Origin: Hyphochytrium catenoides
Taxonomy: Eukaryota; Protista; Hyphochytriomycota
Direction of reading: 5' to 3'
DNA: 64,000 nt
NCBI GenBank assembly: GCA_900088475.1
Contig: FLMG01000120.1
Span: 1 to 64,000 of the forward strand
The stretch's first letter is position 1; each line of letters starts with the position of its first letter. A model generated the notes under the pieces. That model was not told where the DNA came from. It did not search any database and was given only the letters and a program-made list of their open reading frames with translations. This document shows, in pieces, positions 12,701 to 25,172 of this stretch. Both the position numbers and the translations under genes were made by a program.

Positions 12701-13594
12701 NNNNNNNNNNNNNNNNNNNNNNNNNNNNNNNNNNNNNNNNNCATTCACCAGCTCGTCCAACCTGCCATGCGCCCGCTCTTTCTGAAGAAGGAGGATCCTG
12801 TCATTTCTGGCCAGCGCCTTCGAGATGGAATACTGGCTAGCGAAGATCCGGTGATCTTTGAAAATCAACGCTACTGGCCTTTCGCGGGCTGGGGCTCTAC
12901 CTATCCAGGTCTGGAAGCTGAAAGTTCTTTGCTGCTAATCCTTGCCTACATCCTAATAGGTTGCTATTGATGCAGGGCACCTGTTACCTCCTGACAGGAA
13001 GCGGTGGAGCGATAGATTTGGCATTAAGTCTGCGATGAGCATTAACACTTCAGGTAAGTGCAAATTCTAGTTACTTAAGCCTGCATGACCTGATGTAGTA
13101 CACGGTCACCCTCCGTTTTAGGCTTGCAAGTGGACTTCACTATGCCCCATACTGACGAGAATGGCTGGCAGTACGCGGTGGATTTCTCTTTATTCAATCA
13201 CGGTCACTTCCAGCCGTCACGGAAGCCCACAAGCCTTGTTCGGAGACGGGCATGGCGTCCAGCGGATGTCATTGCCAACTTGGCGCAAGTCTCGTCAAGC
13301 CAAGCAGACAGGCGTAACGCTTTTGGGCTTAGCACAGAAGGAGGTGCTGAGATCTCGAGCGGAGATAGTGCGCGAGTTATGGAGAGCATGAAGAGTATTC
13401 AGGACGCCTTCCTGCAGTACGAGCAACACTACGGACGGGTCCGTTACGGGGGTTCGCAAGGCGGTAATAGTGGACGTAAGGATGCCGCGCTAGTCGGGGC
13501 TACCACGCCTCCGCAGCATAGCACCGAGGAGGTCGACGAAGACTTTGGCCGGTTACTAGACAACGTAGACCCAGGGACCAAAGCAGAGTTGTGA
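6703..13594 (+). CDS. P4-type ATPase (phospholipid flippase), about 30 short introns, apparently with a C-terminal DysF domain
   Basis: Spliced motifs in order: VHTTKYT...[32 protein letters not shown] (TM4), SDKTG|TLTCNQM (phospho-Asp split by the intron at ~9014), [41 protein letters not shown]|[36 protein letters not shown]...[20 protein letters not shown](A). DysF motifs follow the N-gap. Confidence 0.95.
12853..13260 (+). other. DysF (dysferlin/Pex24p-type) domain encoded by three exons
   Basis: Splicing introns 12909-12975 and 13054-13121 gives [34 protein letters not shown]...[21 protein letters not shown]...LVRRRAWR. This matches the DysF pattern ENQR-x-GW...LLP-x-DR..WSD...D-x-x-GWQYA-x-DF...RRR-x-W-R. 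Confidence 0.85.
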
Positions 13595-14638
13595 GAATCA
13601 ATCTTAGAACAGGCAATTGTAGAGCAGAGCTTAGAGAAAAGCAAAACGTGCGAGGAACTTAGCGGGGCAGGAGTGACTCACCTCCGAACCTCATCGCATC
13701 TTGCGTGACGCCCTATCTATTTATCTGGCCAAAGGCCGTTTTAAAGATGTATTTTAGAGGCCTACGGTATGGCTCTTAGGTAGATAACGCGCTCCTACAT
13801 GCAAGAGAAGACTGTCGCAGAAGATGACCCTAGACCTCATTATGCAGCATTGCTCCTCAGATCCGACAGCCATTGGAGATGAGAGGATTGTCGATGATAG
13901 ATGCGCTCAGGGTCGTAGTTGCAGGTCAACGCAGCTTCGTGGTTGCTGCTTCGAAGTGTCTGAGGCTTGTCATGAGGGATCTCAGGAGCAGAGCAGAGGG
14001 GAAGGTGTTAGAGGGGGAAGAAGTTTCATCATGATGGCACGTCCTGACCTCCCCTCGGACCGGCCAGCCAACCAGTCCCTTCCCGCCTCTCAGAACACTG
14101 TATGTTTCTGCATCTCGAATATTGAGTCTATTACTTAGACTCTATAAGGAATAGGTAAGTTCTGATACAGTATACGGACGTTCTCAAATAGTTGAAGGGA
14201 AGCCAGAGGATGATCGAAAGGATTCGTTACAAGGCTTACAACACAAGGCACTTTGACCCAGCAGCCAGCCAACGCAGCGTCCAAGCATCTGCTCTGTATC
14301 GCCTATAGCGCCGCAGCTGCTCCCAGGTAGCTGCCACGGCATGATTCTCAACTGCAACAGCGGGTGCATCTCCCAGGAAGTGATGCAGAGGTCTGACTCT
14401 TCAAACTGAAGGGTGGAAGAGATAGGGACTGTGAGACGCAGCTACTTTCTTCTGGTGCCCTATCCTTTTCCCCTGCCCTTTCTTTGCCCTGCGGCGGCTT
14501 CCCAGCTGTGCTTGTCACAGCAGCATCAAGCATTGCCGTCACTGTAGCGCTTCTGATGCTTATTGAGGCTGGCCTTGCCCTTCTAAGCTTCGCTTAGGCC
14601 CTTCAGTGGCCTCTTGTTATCAATATCGGCCTCAAATC

Positions 14639-16666
14639 ATGAATATTGAGGAACGCCCTTGGGTTGTCCTCAAGTTTGGAGGGACATCAGTAGCTACCGC
14701 CGGCCGGTGGAATGTCATATGCAGCAGGGTGAAGGATCTCCTAACGGAGAAGAAGAAAGTTTGGGTCGTCATCTCCGCAGTAACCAAGGTTACTAACGCA
14801 TTAGAGGCGTCAATCCATGAAGCTGTCACTGGTGCAGACCACTTATCGTCCTTTAAAAAGATTGTAGAGATCCACGCCGATCTTGCCGTTGCGGCCGGGG
14901 TTCTTGGCCTTGAGAGCCGTCAGACATTTGTGGAGCTTTGCATGCGCACTGATGAGCCTGCTCCTTCTTCTGACTCCTCACGCGTTCAGGATTTGAACCA
15001 GGTCGTGGAAACGTTTCAGGTAAGGCTAAGGATCAGCGCCTTTCTCACTCTTTCGCTGGATGTGAGACCTTATGCTTTGTACCATTAGGACCTACGGCGA
15101 CTCCTCGAAGGAATTCGGCTCACTTGTGAAGCATCTCCACGAATCAACGCTAGAATTCTTTCTCATGGAGAGCTACTCTCGACTGCGCTAGGATCACTCA
15201 TAATGAGGGTCAATGGCATCGATGTCGCCTTTGTAGATGCGAGAAACCTGCTCCATTCCGAGGTGATGCTGGGAAGACCAACAGAGGATGTCTATCTAGA
15301 AGCTGTAGTGCGTCCTCGCAAGGATTTGGAAGCAGCAGAACGGGAGGCGGGAGGTGCGTTGTTGCCCGTTGCAGTGAGCCTCAGTGAGTGACTTTGACTT
15401 TATGCTCAACAGGCAAGAGCGTGGTGCTTACGCAGGGCTTCATTGCCAGTCCCAGTGCCCGTCCTGGCCGATACACAGGCAAGCAAGTGGTGGAGACCTG
15501 TGTTCTGGGTCGTGGTGGAAGTGACACGTCGGGAGCGCTATTTGCAGCCTTATTGGGCGCAGCGCGGTACGAGGTATGGACTGACGTCCATGGACTCTTC
15601 ACCTCGGACCCGAGACAAGTGCCGATGGCTAGACTTATCAAGGCGATTGGATATAGAGAGGCACAAGAGTTAGCAGCCATGGGAGCAAAGGTAAATAGCG
15701 GTTCAAAGAGGTCCTGATAAGCTGCTATGGGCACAAGATACAACGGTAACACTTTCACTATCAATCCCAGGTGCTTCATCCTCGCTGCATTGGTCCCGCC
15801 CAGTGGGCAGGAGTCCCCATCCAAATCCGCAACACCAATGATCCTTTCGGTGAGACCACCGATATCCATCAAGAGGAGGATAACAACGGCACTCTTGTCC
15901 TGGCGGTAGCTCAGCGTAAGAATATGACGCTGCTCACAGTGACCTCCTATGACATGTGGGGGCATGCTGGTTATTTATCCAACTTCTTCAAGCCTTTTGA
16001 GCAATTAGGAATCTCAGTCGATCTTATCGCTACGTCCCAGGTGACATGATTTCCCGAGTTCGTTTTGTACGCCGCTCTTTGCAAGGACTTGCTGACAGTT
16101 TGCACCTCTCTATCTCTAGTACTCCGTCAGTGTCACCCTGGACCATATTCCAGGCGGGTGTGAAGGCGACCAGTTCCGACAGCTGGTGGAGAGTCTGAGC
16201 TCCCTTGGCGATGTCAAAGCGCGGCATCACTGTGCAGTGGTGTCAATCGTAGGAAGAAAATTAAGGACTGCTCTGCATGAATTTGGCTCTTCTGGAGTCC
16301 TGGAGACCTTGCAAGGAAAGGAGGTACGTGCTAATTCTCTCCCCTCACCAATCAGAACTGGCGCATAACGGCAGTCATGCAGGTCTTATTGCTAACTGAG
16401 TCAACTGAAGACCTCAACATGTCCTTCGTCGTGGACCAGGCAGAGTCAGACAAAATTGTAAGAGCGATGCATGATCGGCTCTTCCCTCATGGGGAGGACG
16501 CTTTCAATGGTAAGCACCTTTGCATTTTCCTCGATACAACGCCCGCAGCACTAGAAGTATCATATGGACTTATGATGGCTGTACAGGGCTATCCGGGACC
16601 CATAGAGATCACCTTCTAGGTTCCACGTGGCAGGAGCTTCGCAAGACGCGCAAGGCATCGCAATGA
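14639..16666 (+). CDS. lysC: Aspartate kinase with ACT domains, AK-DapDC subtype, multi-exon
   Basis: WVVLKFGGTSV, VVISA, GELLST, LGRGGSDTS, WTDVHGLFTSDPR, YREAQELAAMGAK|VLHPRCI, MWGHAGYL...GISVDLIATSQ, VSIVGR, LNMSFVV. The protein ends GSTWQELRKTRKASQ*. Confidence 0.93.
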
Positions 16667-16753
16667 CCTCCCCACGGGTCCGTCAGATTATAATTTATTT
16701 AAAAGGCAGACTTCGCTCCATACACTTGCAGTGTAAGGGCTCACACTTTCAAA

Positions 16754-18007
16754 TTATGGGCCTATGGCCTTAAGGTCAGCGTTCTCTAGGTCATCACTGG
16801 GCTCCTTCACAGCCGAGACTGGTTGGAATTGAAAGTCTTTCGGTGGAAACTTGAACGTTGGCCCAAAGTTGACAGTCACGGACGCGCCCATGTAAAGAGA
16901 TACGGCGGGGTAGAAGGGTTCTGAAGAGTAGAGATAACGATTTCACTGGCTGCGTCATTACCTTTAGAGAACTCCATAGACTGTGCTCACCTCGATCTAG
17001 CCCATGAAAGGCAACACCTTGGTCCTCCCCGTTCTTGAAGAACCGGATCCATGTTTCTTCAACAGTGGCCTGGGTGGAAGGCTCATCGGCGTTCTTCACG
17101 TTGGCGCTATCAAGAGTGCTCTCTGCCTGCTCATCAGCCTGCGGCTTAATGGCTGTATCTCCGTCGACCGCATCTACAGCGTGTGACTGACCATTAGACT
17201 AAATGCGAATAGAGAGGCAATGGGAGGTGACTCACTTTCAGAAGGTAGCTTTATCATAAGTCCAATGACGTCTCCGGGCCCTAAAGACGATCGAGCAATC
17301 TTGAGTTTTAAAGCGGCAGTTGCGATGATGGAGAGGACGATGATCCGCACAACACCTACCGTAGCTCTCTCCATAGCCATCGCGTCGGACGCTAGCATGT
17401 ACTGCCGACCCGGCGATATCGCGATAAGCGTAACTGTGAGCGTCATATCCCACCGGAGCTTGAATGTCAGCCTTGGCCGTAGCCCAGCCAATCCTACAGA
17501 ATATAAGCCTCAGTGACATTGGCTCGTAGAGGCTGTTGCTACCCATTGCACCTGGTATGGGCGTTTGGATTATCGCTACTGTTGATCGTGGCCTCATAGT
17601 ACCAGACTCCGGAGCTGACGGCATCAGTAGCGCGGACCATGCGAAATCCCTATGCAGGATGCGGAGATGAGCGGCAATGATGGCCTTTCGGAAAAGTCCT
17701 GGAGTACCTTGTCCCCCAGCACTGTCAGCTTATCATCTGAGAGCTTCAGCATCGGAGCACAATCCTTTGAAGAGAGAACCACGCCCTTCGGCTCTCCTGC
17801 TGCACTCTCATCCTTGGCAGTCGAAATGGACTTTCTCTTGTCCTTGGGAGCTTTCTTCTTGCTCCTCTTGGAGGGAGGCTGGGTCGTCGAGGTACTCACT
17901 TCAGCCCCATCGCCCTCGGGCCCTGCCGAGCTTCCTGCCGAGCGCTTCCTCGCCGATAAGCCACCTTCCGATGAGCTCGGCGCTGTGGCGCTTGGAGCCT
18001 CTGCCAT
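16754..18007 (-). CDS. ASH2L: ASH2L/Bre2/TRAUCO-like SPRY-domain subunit of the Set1/COMPASS complex
   Basis: DCAPMLKLSDDKLTVLGDK|GFRMVRAT...WYYE, GWATAKADIQAPVGYDAHSYAYRD, GYGESYG, IRFFKNGEDQGVAF, FYPAVSLYMGASVTVNFGP all match the ASH2L SPRY pattern. Several short introns; an additional 5' exon is possible. Confidence 0.88.
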
Positions 18008-18694
18008 TCTTACTTGCCCATCCCAGACTACCCGCACGCTGTCCTAAGGCTGCAGGTGAGAAGGAGGACGGACTTCCAGCCCGACAAAGACGGGAGAAAA
18101 GAGAGAAAGGAGAATGAAGAAGGAAGGTCGTTGAGAAGGTCAAGAGACCGTCTGAGCTCTTGGTGAGCGGAAGAAAGGAGAGAGAAGGAAGAGTTTGAAT
18201 GCCCAACAAAGATTACAAAGTGCCAGAGGACGGGAGAATCAGAAAGGCCGCTAACGCCCAACTGGGACGGCAGTTACTGAGTGGATGAGTGCACCAGGGC
18301 TCCTCCTCCTCCTCCTGCTGCTTTTGCTGCTGCTGGTGCTGCTGCTGCTGCTGCTGTTCTCTCATCATCACGGCCCGGTCCCTGGCCTCCACTGAAAGGA
18401 TTGTCTTGCTCTTGCTCTTCAACTTGGCTGCTCCTGCTCCTCCTTCTTCATCGCTTCTCGCATGACCAGAGCTTGGCTCCTCCTACTTCCTTTGGTTAGG
18501 CCTTCAAGCGATAAACGCTTCCACCTTACAGAACTTTGCTCTGTGCGTTTTCATCTCTAATAGGGCACCGACACACATTGCCGTGGAAGGAATGAGAGAA
18601 TGCCGCCCTTTTTAGATGTTATTAAGGCGCCATTAGTCGCCACGAAGGACGGTGGTAGTGCTCTACTAACAAGTCTGTCCGTGAAGCTGGAGAG

Positions 18695-21600
18695 ATGACC
18701 AAAGGCGGCAAGGGTTCCTCGTCCGAAGCACCTTCTTTGACAAAGGAGCAGAGTGAGCTATTTGCCACGGCCGTCAGAGAACATGCAATCTACCTCGGGC
18801 TGGATCCTGAAAAGCACAAGGATCTCCTATAGTAAGTGCCATGCCCAGTCACTTCGCCACTTGCCACTCCCTCTAACCTCTCCTCTTCTGTCCTCGTCTA
18901 TGAACAGCATTGCCGAGGAGGCACTCTCAGCTCCGTTACCTCCAGGATGGGAGATGGACAACTCTGAAGACGGCCGGCCGTACTATTATAATAGCGAGAC
19001 CGGAGAGAGCGCCTGGGATCATCCGTTAGACGATAAATATCGAAAGATCGTACTGGAAAAGCTCGCCGGGCGTGGGGAACGTAAGAAGACTGAAGGCAAT
19101 GTAGGAAAAAATTCCAAGAAAGACGACAGAACAGAGACAAAAGGAGGATCCCGAGAGACGTCTGACTATGATGATGACTTCGAGGACCTGGAAACGTCAG
19201 AAAGGAGCGCAAGCAGCAGAACAAGGGACTCAAAGTCAAAGGGGAGAAGCTCCCGAGACCGAGAGAAAGATGAGTCCGAGCACTCCAGCGCCAGCCGAGG
19301 TAGTAAAGGCGCAAAAGAGAAGCAAGGAGGCGCAAGCTTGGATCCTAGGAAGACCACTGCCGGGAAGTCAACTGTTCTAGAGGACCTTGATGATGACTTT
19401 GACATTCCCATTGAAGACCAGAGGCCGAAGAGGGATCGACAGAAGAAGGATGCAACAGACGATGATCAACGGGAGAGGACATCGAGTTCCAAAGTCAAAA
19501 CGGGGAGCCTTTCAGACTATTCGAAGCTCAAGCGGCCTAACTCACCCCTGAAGGCCATCAAGAGCTATGACGATGATCTTGACGAGTCAGACGAACTCGA
19601 TAGCCCAGACATTCTCCCGGTTGCCTCGTTGATGAAGCCTTCAATGACTAAGAAGGACGATATCAAGCAAACCAAGACCACAAAGGAAGATATTGATCCG
19701 GATAAGAGGTCAAAGACATCCGCGGAGGGCCGAAGCACAGACTCTTCACCTTCAGATGGCCAAAGTAAGACGGGAAGCATGAAAGTCATTCAGAGTCAGA
19801 GTCAGCAGAGTCACTCGAGCAACATCAGTGGAAGCAACGGCCACCCGGAGGCCAACATTGAAACAGAGAAACCAAAAATTACAGTGAAGAGAGTGATAAC
19901 AAAGCCAGCCGCCGTCAGCTTGCATGACGCCACGCCCGCCAGTCCACCATTAGGAAGTGACAATGGAACCAAAGCCGGCTCTACACCTGCGCTGAGTAGA
20001 TCTCAGGCGCACGATCCCACTCCGGCAATTACGTCAGCCCTTGATGCCGCCCAAAAGGAGACAACCCCAACTGGGATCGCGAAATCTTCTCCTGGAAAGA
20101 AGCAAGGAGGGTTTGGACGGAACTGGGAGTCGTGGTTGCTCGCTGAAGATGTCGAGGAGATGAGACAAAAAGAGCTGTCGGTTGAAGCTGCCCAGATTGC
20201 AGGTGAGCCGCAGACGAAGAGGAAGGAAGCCGAAGACGTCGCTCGCTCAACGGATGAGAAGCGTGCCACAGAGCGTGGCAAGGGTGAATTCATTGCACTC
20301 CCTTCTACCAAGGAGATTGGCGATCCTGCTCTGACAAGACGAACAGAAGACACAATGACCCTGCTAACAAGCGAAGTAGCTGTAGCTGGGAAGAGAGGAG
20401 AGATGATGAGTCAACTGCTGCCAGCAGAGAACTCCGCAACCTCGGAAACTATAAAGAAAGAGGATGAGGTAATGAAGAAAGAGGACAAGCCGAGCAAAGA
20501 TCACGAGCTGCAGCTGCTGCGCAAAGAGAAGTCAGAGCTTCAAGAGACGGCTACCAAGCTGCGGGAGGAGCTTGCCCTGAAAACAGCGTTATTATCAGAA
20601 GGCAGTAAGATGAAGGTAAGCAATCTCGGACGTCCCTCGGCGCACTTTCTCTTTCTGTTAACGCTCTTACCTCTGCTTGTTATTAGGATCAAGCCATGTC
20701 CGATAAGACAGTGAAGATCCTCACTTTAGAGAGCGAGCTCTCCGTATCCAAGGAAGAAGAGGAGCGGCTATCCACTCTTCTGAAGGCCAAAGACGCGGGT
20801 TCGCCGTTCACCTGTTACTCTTGTCCCTTCCAGAATAAAACTCACGTGCTTGCTAATTGCTGTTCAGAGGTGTCAGAGCTCCGGAACAAGGCTTCTACTC
20901 TTGATCAGCGTTTGCTGGAGTCAGAGGCGTCGGAGAAGAAGCTGCAGGCTCAGGTCGTTGCATTGAAAGAGCTGAAAGAGACATTGGAGAAAGATGTTGC
21001 CAAACTGCAGGCTGATGTGGCCCTTGGGTCACACCAAACTCCGTCCAGCCTTCCACTGCCGCCCTGCAAGAGCTGCGGCTCCTGGGAAGTCAAGGTATGA
21101 TATGCATTGCTTGCTTTCCGTAGAACATCCTGAGCTGGCTTGACTGAGTTATGCGCGATTTACACGTCTAGGTCGCGGCCTTGGATAGGCAGCTCATCAG
21201 CGAGAAAGCTAGAAATGAGACTCTCATGGGACAGGTCAAGACCGCCAGCGAGACTATTAGCTCACTTCAGGTGAAGCTGGAGTCGGTAACCAGTGAGAAC
21301 TCCAAGAGCACAGCGAAGGAAGTAGCTGACCTCAAGCATGAAGTTCACTCCTTGACGCAGCAGCTCCAGCAGAAGTCTATCGAGCTGCAGGGAAAGGTTG
21401 GCTGGCTCGAAGGCTATGGGTGTTGCTATTTTTTAGCTAAGGGCTTCTTTGCAATTTTAACCTTAGGAACAACGGCTCGATCGCGCTCTTGAAGACTTGA
21501 AGGCCGCAGCCATAAATAAGGTGTCTGAGAAAGGCTTTGAAGCCCAAGCAATGACGCTTCAGGCCGAGGTTCAATCCTTACGTTCACTATTGGTGCGGCG

Positions 21601-24121
21601 AGACCGAGATGTTGAGGGCTTAGAGTCCAAGCTCTCAGAAGAGATGGAGAAGGTGCGGCGCTTGTGGCCCTTAGAACTCGTTCCTCCCTTATCTAACATT
21701 GATATCTCCGCCCCCATCCAGACCAGACATGCTCAAAACCAGTTGGTTAGTCTAAGGGAAAGTGCAGATCTTGTTGAGGTCACTGCAAAGTCTCACCGGT
21801 GCAAAAGTGAGGCTTTGGATCGCGAGATGAAGCGTTTGCAGGAAGAGGTATCGCGCCTTCAGAGTCAGCTTCACGAGGAGAGCCTATCAGCCTCGCAGGA
21901 GAGGGAGACAGTTGTCAGACAAAACATGCAGGTAAGGGAAGCTTCCGGTTCCTTCATCCTTGAAATGAGATGGCCAGCGGCGGAGGGTCTTACACGCCAT
22001 GTCCATCTTCCCGGAGCAGCTGCAAAAGAAGCACACCCAGCTCCAGCTAGAGAACACCGGTCTCCAAGAGAAAGTGTCAGCACTTTCCGGTGAGCTTGAA
22101 GTCCTGAAGGACCACGGAACGACCCTGGGTATGGAGCTTGGTAAAGCCAAGGCAGGAGCAGACAGCGCCAAACGGAGAGCTGCAGAAGATGCCTTCCGCA
22201 TAGAAGAGTTGGACCGGCACTTGTGTGAGGAAAAGCAGGAAAAGCAGAAGCGAGAAAAGGAACTGCAAGCTACCATACTGGGCTTGAGGACGGAGCTGCA
22301 GTTGCAAGCCGAGAGACTAAGCCAGGATCGTCGCGAGGCAGAGCAGAAGGCTGATCTACTCAGTGCAGAAGGTAACAGGGGCGTTCTAGCTTTCCCGCTG
22401 TCGCTGGAGCTTAACTCACTTATTGTCAACCAGTGCGTCGAGCTCTGGAGCGCCTTCAGGAGGCGGAGGCAGCGAAGAAGAAGGAGCAAGTAAAAAACTG
22501 CGAGAAGGAGAAGGAACTTTATGACCTGTAAGTGGGACCTTTATCTGTCCTCATCCTGTGGCACTCTCTCTCCCTGTCTCCCTCTCTGTCTCTCTGGCAG
22601 GCCCCCTCCATCAATTTTCTGGCAGTTCCTTGGCTCTTGCTGAAAGGAGATATCTAACAAAGCCCTTCCCATCACTTGCTAACCAGCCGAGACGAAGCCG
22701 AAGACCTACGCAGACGACTCTACGCTGTGGAAGGCTCCAAGTTGGTTGAAGAGCTCAGGCGAGAGAAACAAGAACTTCAGCAGGATTTGGCCGTCACACG
22801 CCTGCAACTTCGTGGCCTGCAGGTTCGACGCGCGGATGCAGATTTAGCTACTATTATGGCGTTTACTGATTTCTTCCCCTCAAAAAGGATGAGGTGACCA
22901 AGTCCAAGGAAGCTTTTAATACAGAGATAGCACGGATGGAGCGCGAGGTGCAGATTAGGGTGCCAGAGGTCGCGGAGTCAGCAAAGCGCCGGTAAGCCAT
23001 CCAACGCGACAGCAGATTGGGACGAAGAGTGTGAGAGAGAGAGAAAGAAAGATCGCTAACCATCCTGCGATGTATAGGACGGAAGATGTATGGAAAGCAA
23101 GGCTAGACGAGGAAATAAAGATTCGGGATGAGAGATACGAAAAGCTTAAGCGAAAGCTGACAAGCAAGCTGCAAGCCGAGGAGCTGCTCAAGGAGACACG
23201 CGAGACAGAGCATCGGCAGCTAGTGAAGAATCTAGAGGCTGAACTCTCTGTTGCACGGCGAGAGAAGCAAAGCGTAGAAGCAGCGTTGCACTTCTTCCAG
23301 GTACTTCTTGCTTCCCTTCGCTCTACTGCTCTCACTCTATCGTAGTGCTCACACTATCCACGAGTTGAGTTGACGAGTTGAGCTGCATCTCATTCAGACT
23401 CTTTACATTCTAGTCTATGTGCTCTCAGGTCTAACTTCGCTTTATATCCTACTAGTACCAGTGGCAAATGCTACGCTGGAACAGCAGTCAAGACAGCTTC
23501 CCGTCCCTCTACGCTGCCCCACCTCCGCCGCCTGCATTTGCGCCCTCTGTTAACTTTCCCGGGTCTCCAGCCCCGTGGTTAAATGTAGCCGCTGATGATG
23601 CCGCGAGAGTCAACCCCACCCAGACCTTGAGGCCAGCCCAGGTTCATCCCTTCATCCCTCCAAGCCAGGAGGTCAGCGGTATCGGGCAGGAAGCCAGCGC
23701 GAAGCAAGGAGAGAAGCCAGAAGAAGTAGCAAATAGGGTCTCATCGCCGCCCATGGCTGAGGATGATGATATCAAACTGGGTGAGGACACCAATAGAGCG
23801 GAGCTCCCAACGGGGATGGAGAGAGAGCGAGGGGCTAGCTTGGATAACATAGAGAATGAGATCACGTCCAAGCTTCTCTCCAGCAAACTGAAGACGGCGG
23901 AGAATATCGACTTGAAGGATCGCACCGACGCATTGCTAGAGTCCCTAGGAGTTGCCAGCGAGGAGAGATCCAAACCGACCAGGGCGTTCGGGGTTGCCTC
24001 ACTCAGCATTGGAGAAGATTGTAGTTATGGGAGGCAAGAGATGGGTGCAGTGTATGAGAACGTAGTCGGGCTAGATAGACGGTTAGCAGGATGGCGTGCG
24101 AAGTATGGCGCAGTCTCCTAG
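18695..24121 (+). CDS. CEP164: CEP164-like centriole distal-appendage protein (N-terminal WW domain, disordered region, long coiled coil)
   Basis: Splicing intron 18832-18907 gives VREHAIYLGLDPEKHKDLLYIAEEALSAPLPPGWE...YYYNSETGESAWDHPLDDKYRKIV, the CEP164 N-terminal helix plus WW signature. Many coiled-coil exons follow. Confidence 0.75.
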
Positions 24122-24323
24122 TTAAATGGTAAACGATAGAGGAGAAAAGCCACAAGGCCCTACTGCCATGCCAACCCTTCATCGTAGAATATCACCGTCT
24201 CTGCACACCTGCTAGGTCCTCCGGCCCTGCTCAGGTCTCTTTATTCTAGTAATAAGCGACAGCAGGAAAAAGTTATGGCACCTTCTCGCCTCAGCCAGGC
24301 TTGCTACAGAGCGGCCGTGCGCC

Positions 24324-25172
24324 TTATGAGGAGGATAAAGTACGAGAAGGTACCGCCGAGGCTTCGGGCAAAGGTCCTGGCCACTCCTCAGAAGTTGCCG
24401 GAAGCTCGACAACGGCAACATCTATAATCACCAGTGGCTCCCTCATGGAAGGAAGGTCCTGCATTCGGACGGCTTCCTGGGTGACTGGAGGAGGAGCCAA
24501 TGTGCAGCCCTTACCCAGCGCTCCCGTTTGGGTCGAAAGCTGCAGAAGAGTGCAGGGCTGACAACAGCAGGAGAATACACAGTCGAGGCAGGAAGAGCCA
24601 TATATTCTAAGCTCCCGCCTAACCTCGGTCCGGAGTGAGGTGAGAAGGCTGAGGTTTATAAGAGTGGCAGGGACCAGCAGGAAGAGGAAGGTTGGGTCAA
24701 GAGCTGTAATTGGTCCCTGGCCGACCATCTCTCCTCCATTCTTTAGGTACACAGAGTAGCTTGCGGAGACATGCGCCTCATGGTAGAAGCTCCAAAGAGA
24801 GGTGGCCAGGAGATAGTAGCCAACCACTTTCGGAATGTAGACCAACAGAAAATAAGCTGAAAGAGCGGCTGCGAAGCCTCTGAAGCCCATTCTGGCAGTG
24901 ATTTGAGCGTACGTGAAGCCAGGACAAAGCCATGTCCACACGCAGCTCCGTCGCGCCGCCTTACTCCAGCCCCAGAAGAGGCGACTCCGCCAACCTCCTT
25001 TTGCCGGTATGTCAAAGCCGTGCTCATCGACTGGCCAAATGACCTTGCGGCGCAGCGGCTGAAGAACTTCCGATGACGATGATGTGCACACGACCACAGC
25101 AGGCGCTGGACTATCCCTGTCCCCAGACATTAATCTATGCTTCGCTCCTGTGACTCCTGCTTTACTCCTCAC
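24324..25172 (-). CDS. PLAC8-family cysteine-rich membrane protein, intronless
   Basis: W...CPGFTYAQITARMG, two hydrophobic helices, then LRTEVRRELRIYGSSCLDCVFSCCCQPCTLLQL (PLAC8 pattern). Confidence 0.85.
   Translation of the reverse strand: MRSKAGVTGAKHRLMSGDRDSPAPAVVVCTSSSSEVLQPLRRKVIWPVDEHGFDIPAKGGWRSRLFWGWSKAARRSCVWTWLCPGFTYAQITARMGFRGFAAALSAYFLLVYIPKVVGYYLLATSLWSFYHEAHVSASYSVYLKNGGEMVGQGPITALDPTFLFLLVPATLINLSLLTSLRTEVRRELRIYGSSCLDCVFSCCCQPCTLLQLSTQTGALGKGCTLAPPPVTQEAVRMQDLPSMREPLVIIDVAVVELPATSEEWPGPLPEASAVPSRTLSSS

Noticed and set aside
12602-12970. ORF reading straight through the N-gap as proof of the ATPase-DysF fusion
   Set aside because: Correct splicing puts the pre-gap exon in a different frame ([10 protein letters not shown]), so the read-through is an artefact of the gap length. 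The fusion remains an inference.
18213-18499. Poly-Q/E ORF between ASH2L and CEP164
   Set aside because: A trinucleotide (CAG/GAG) repeat in a divergent promoter/UTR region. It could not be linked by splicing with confidence.
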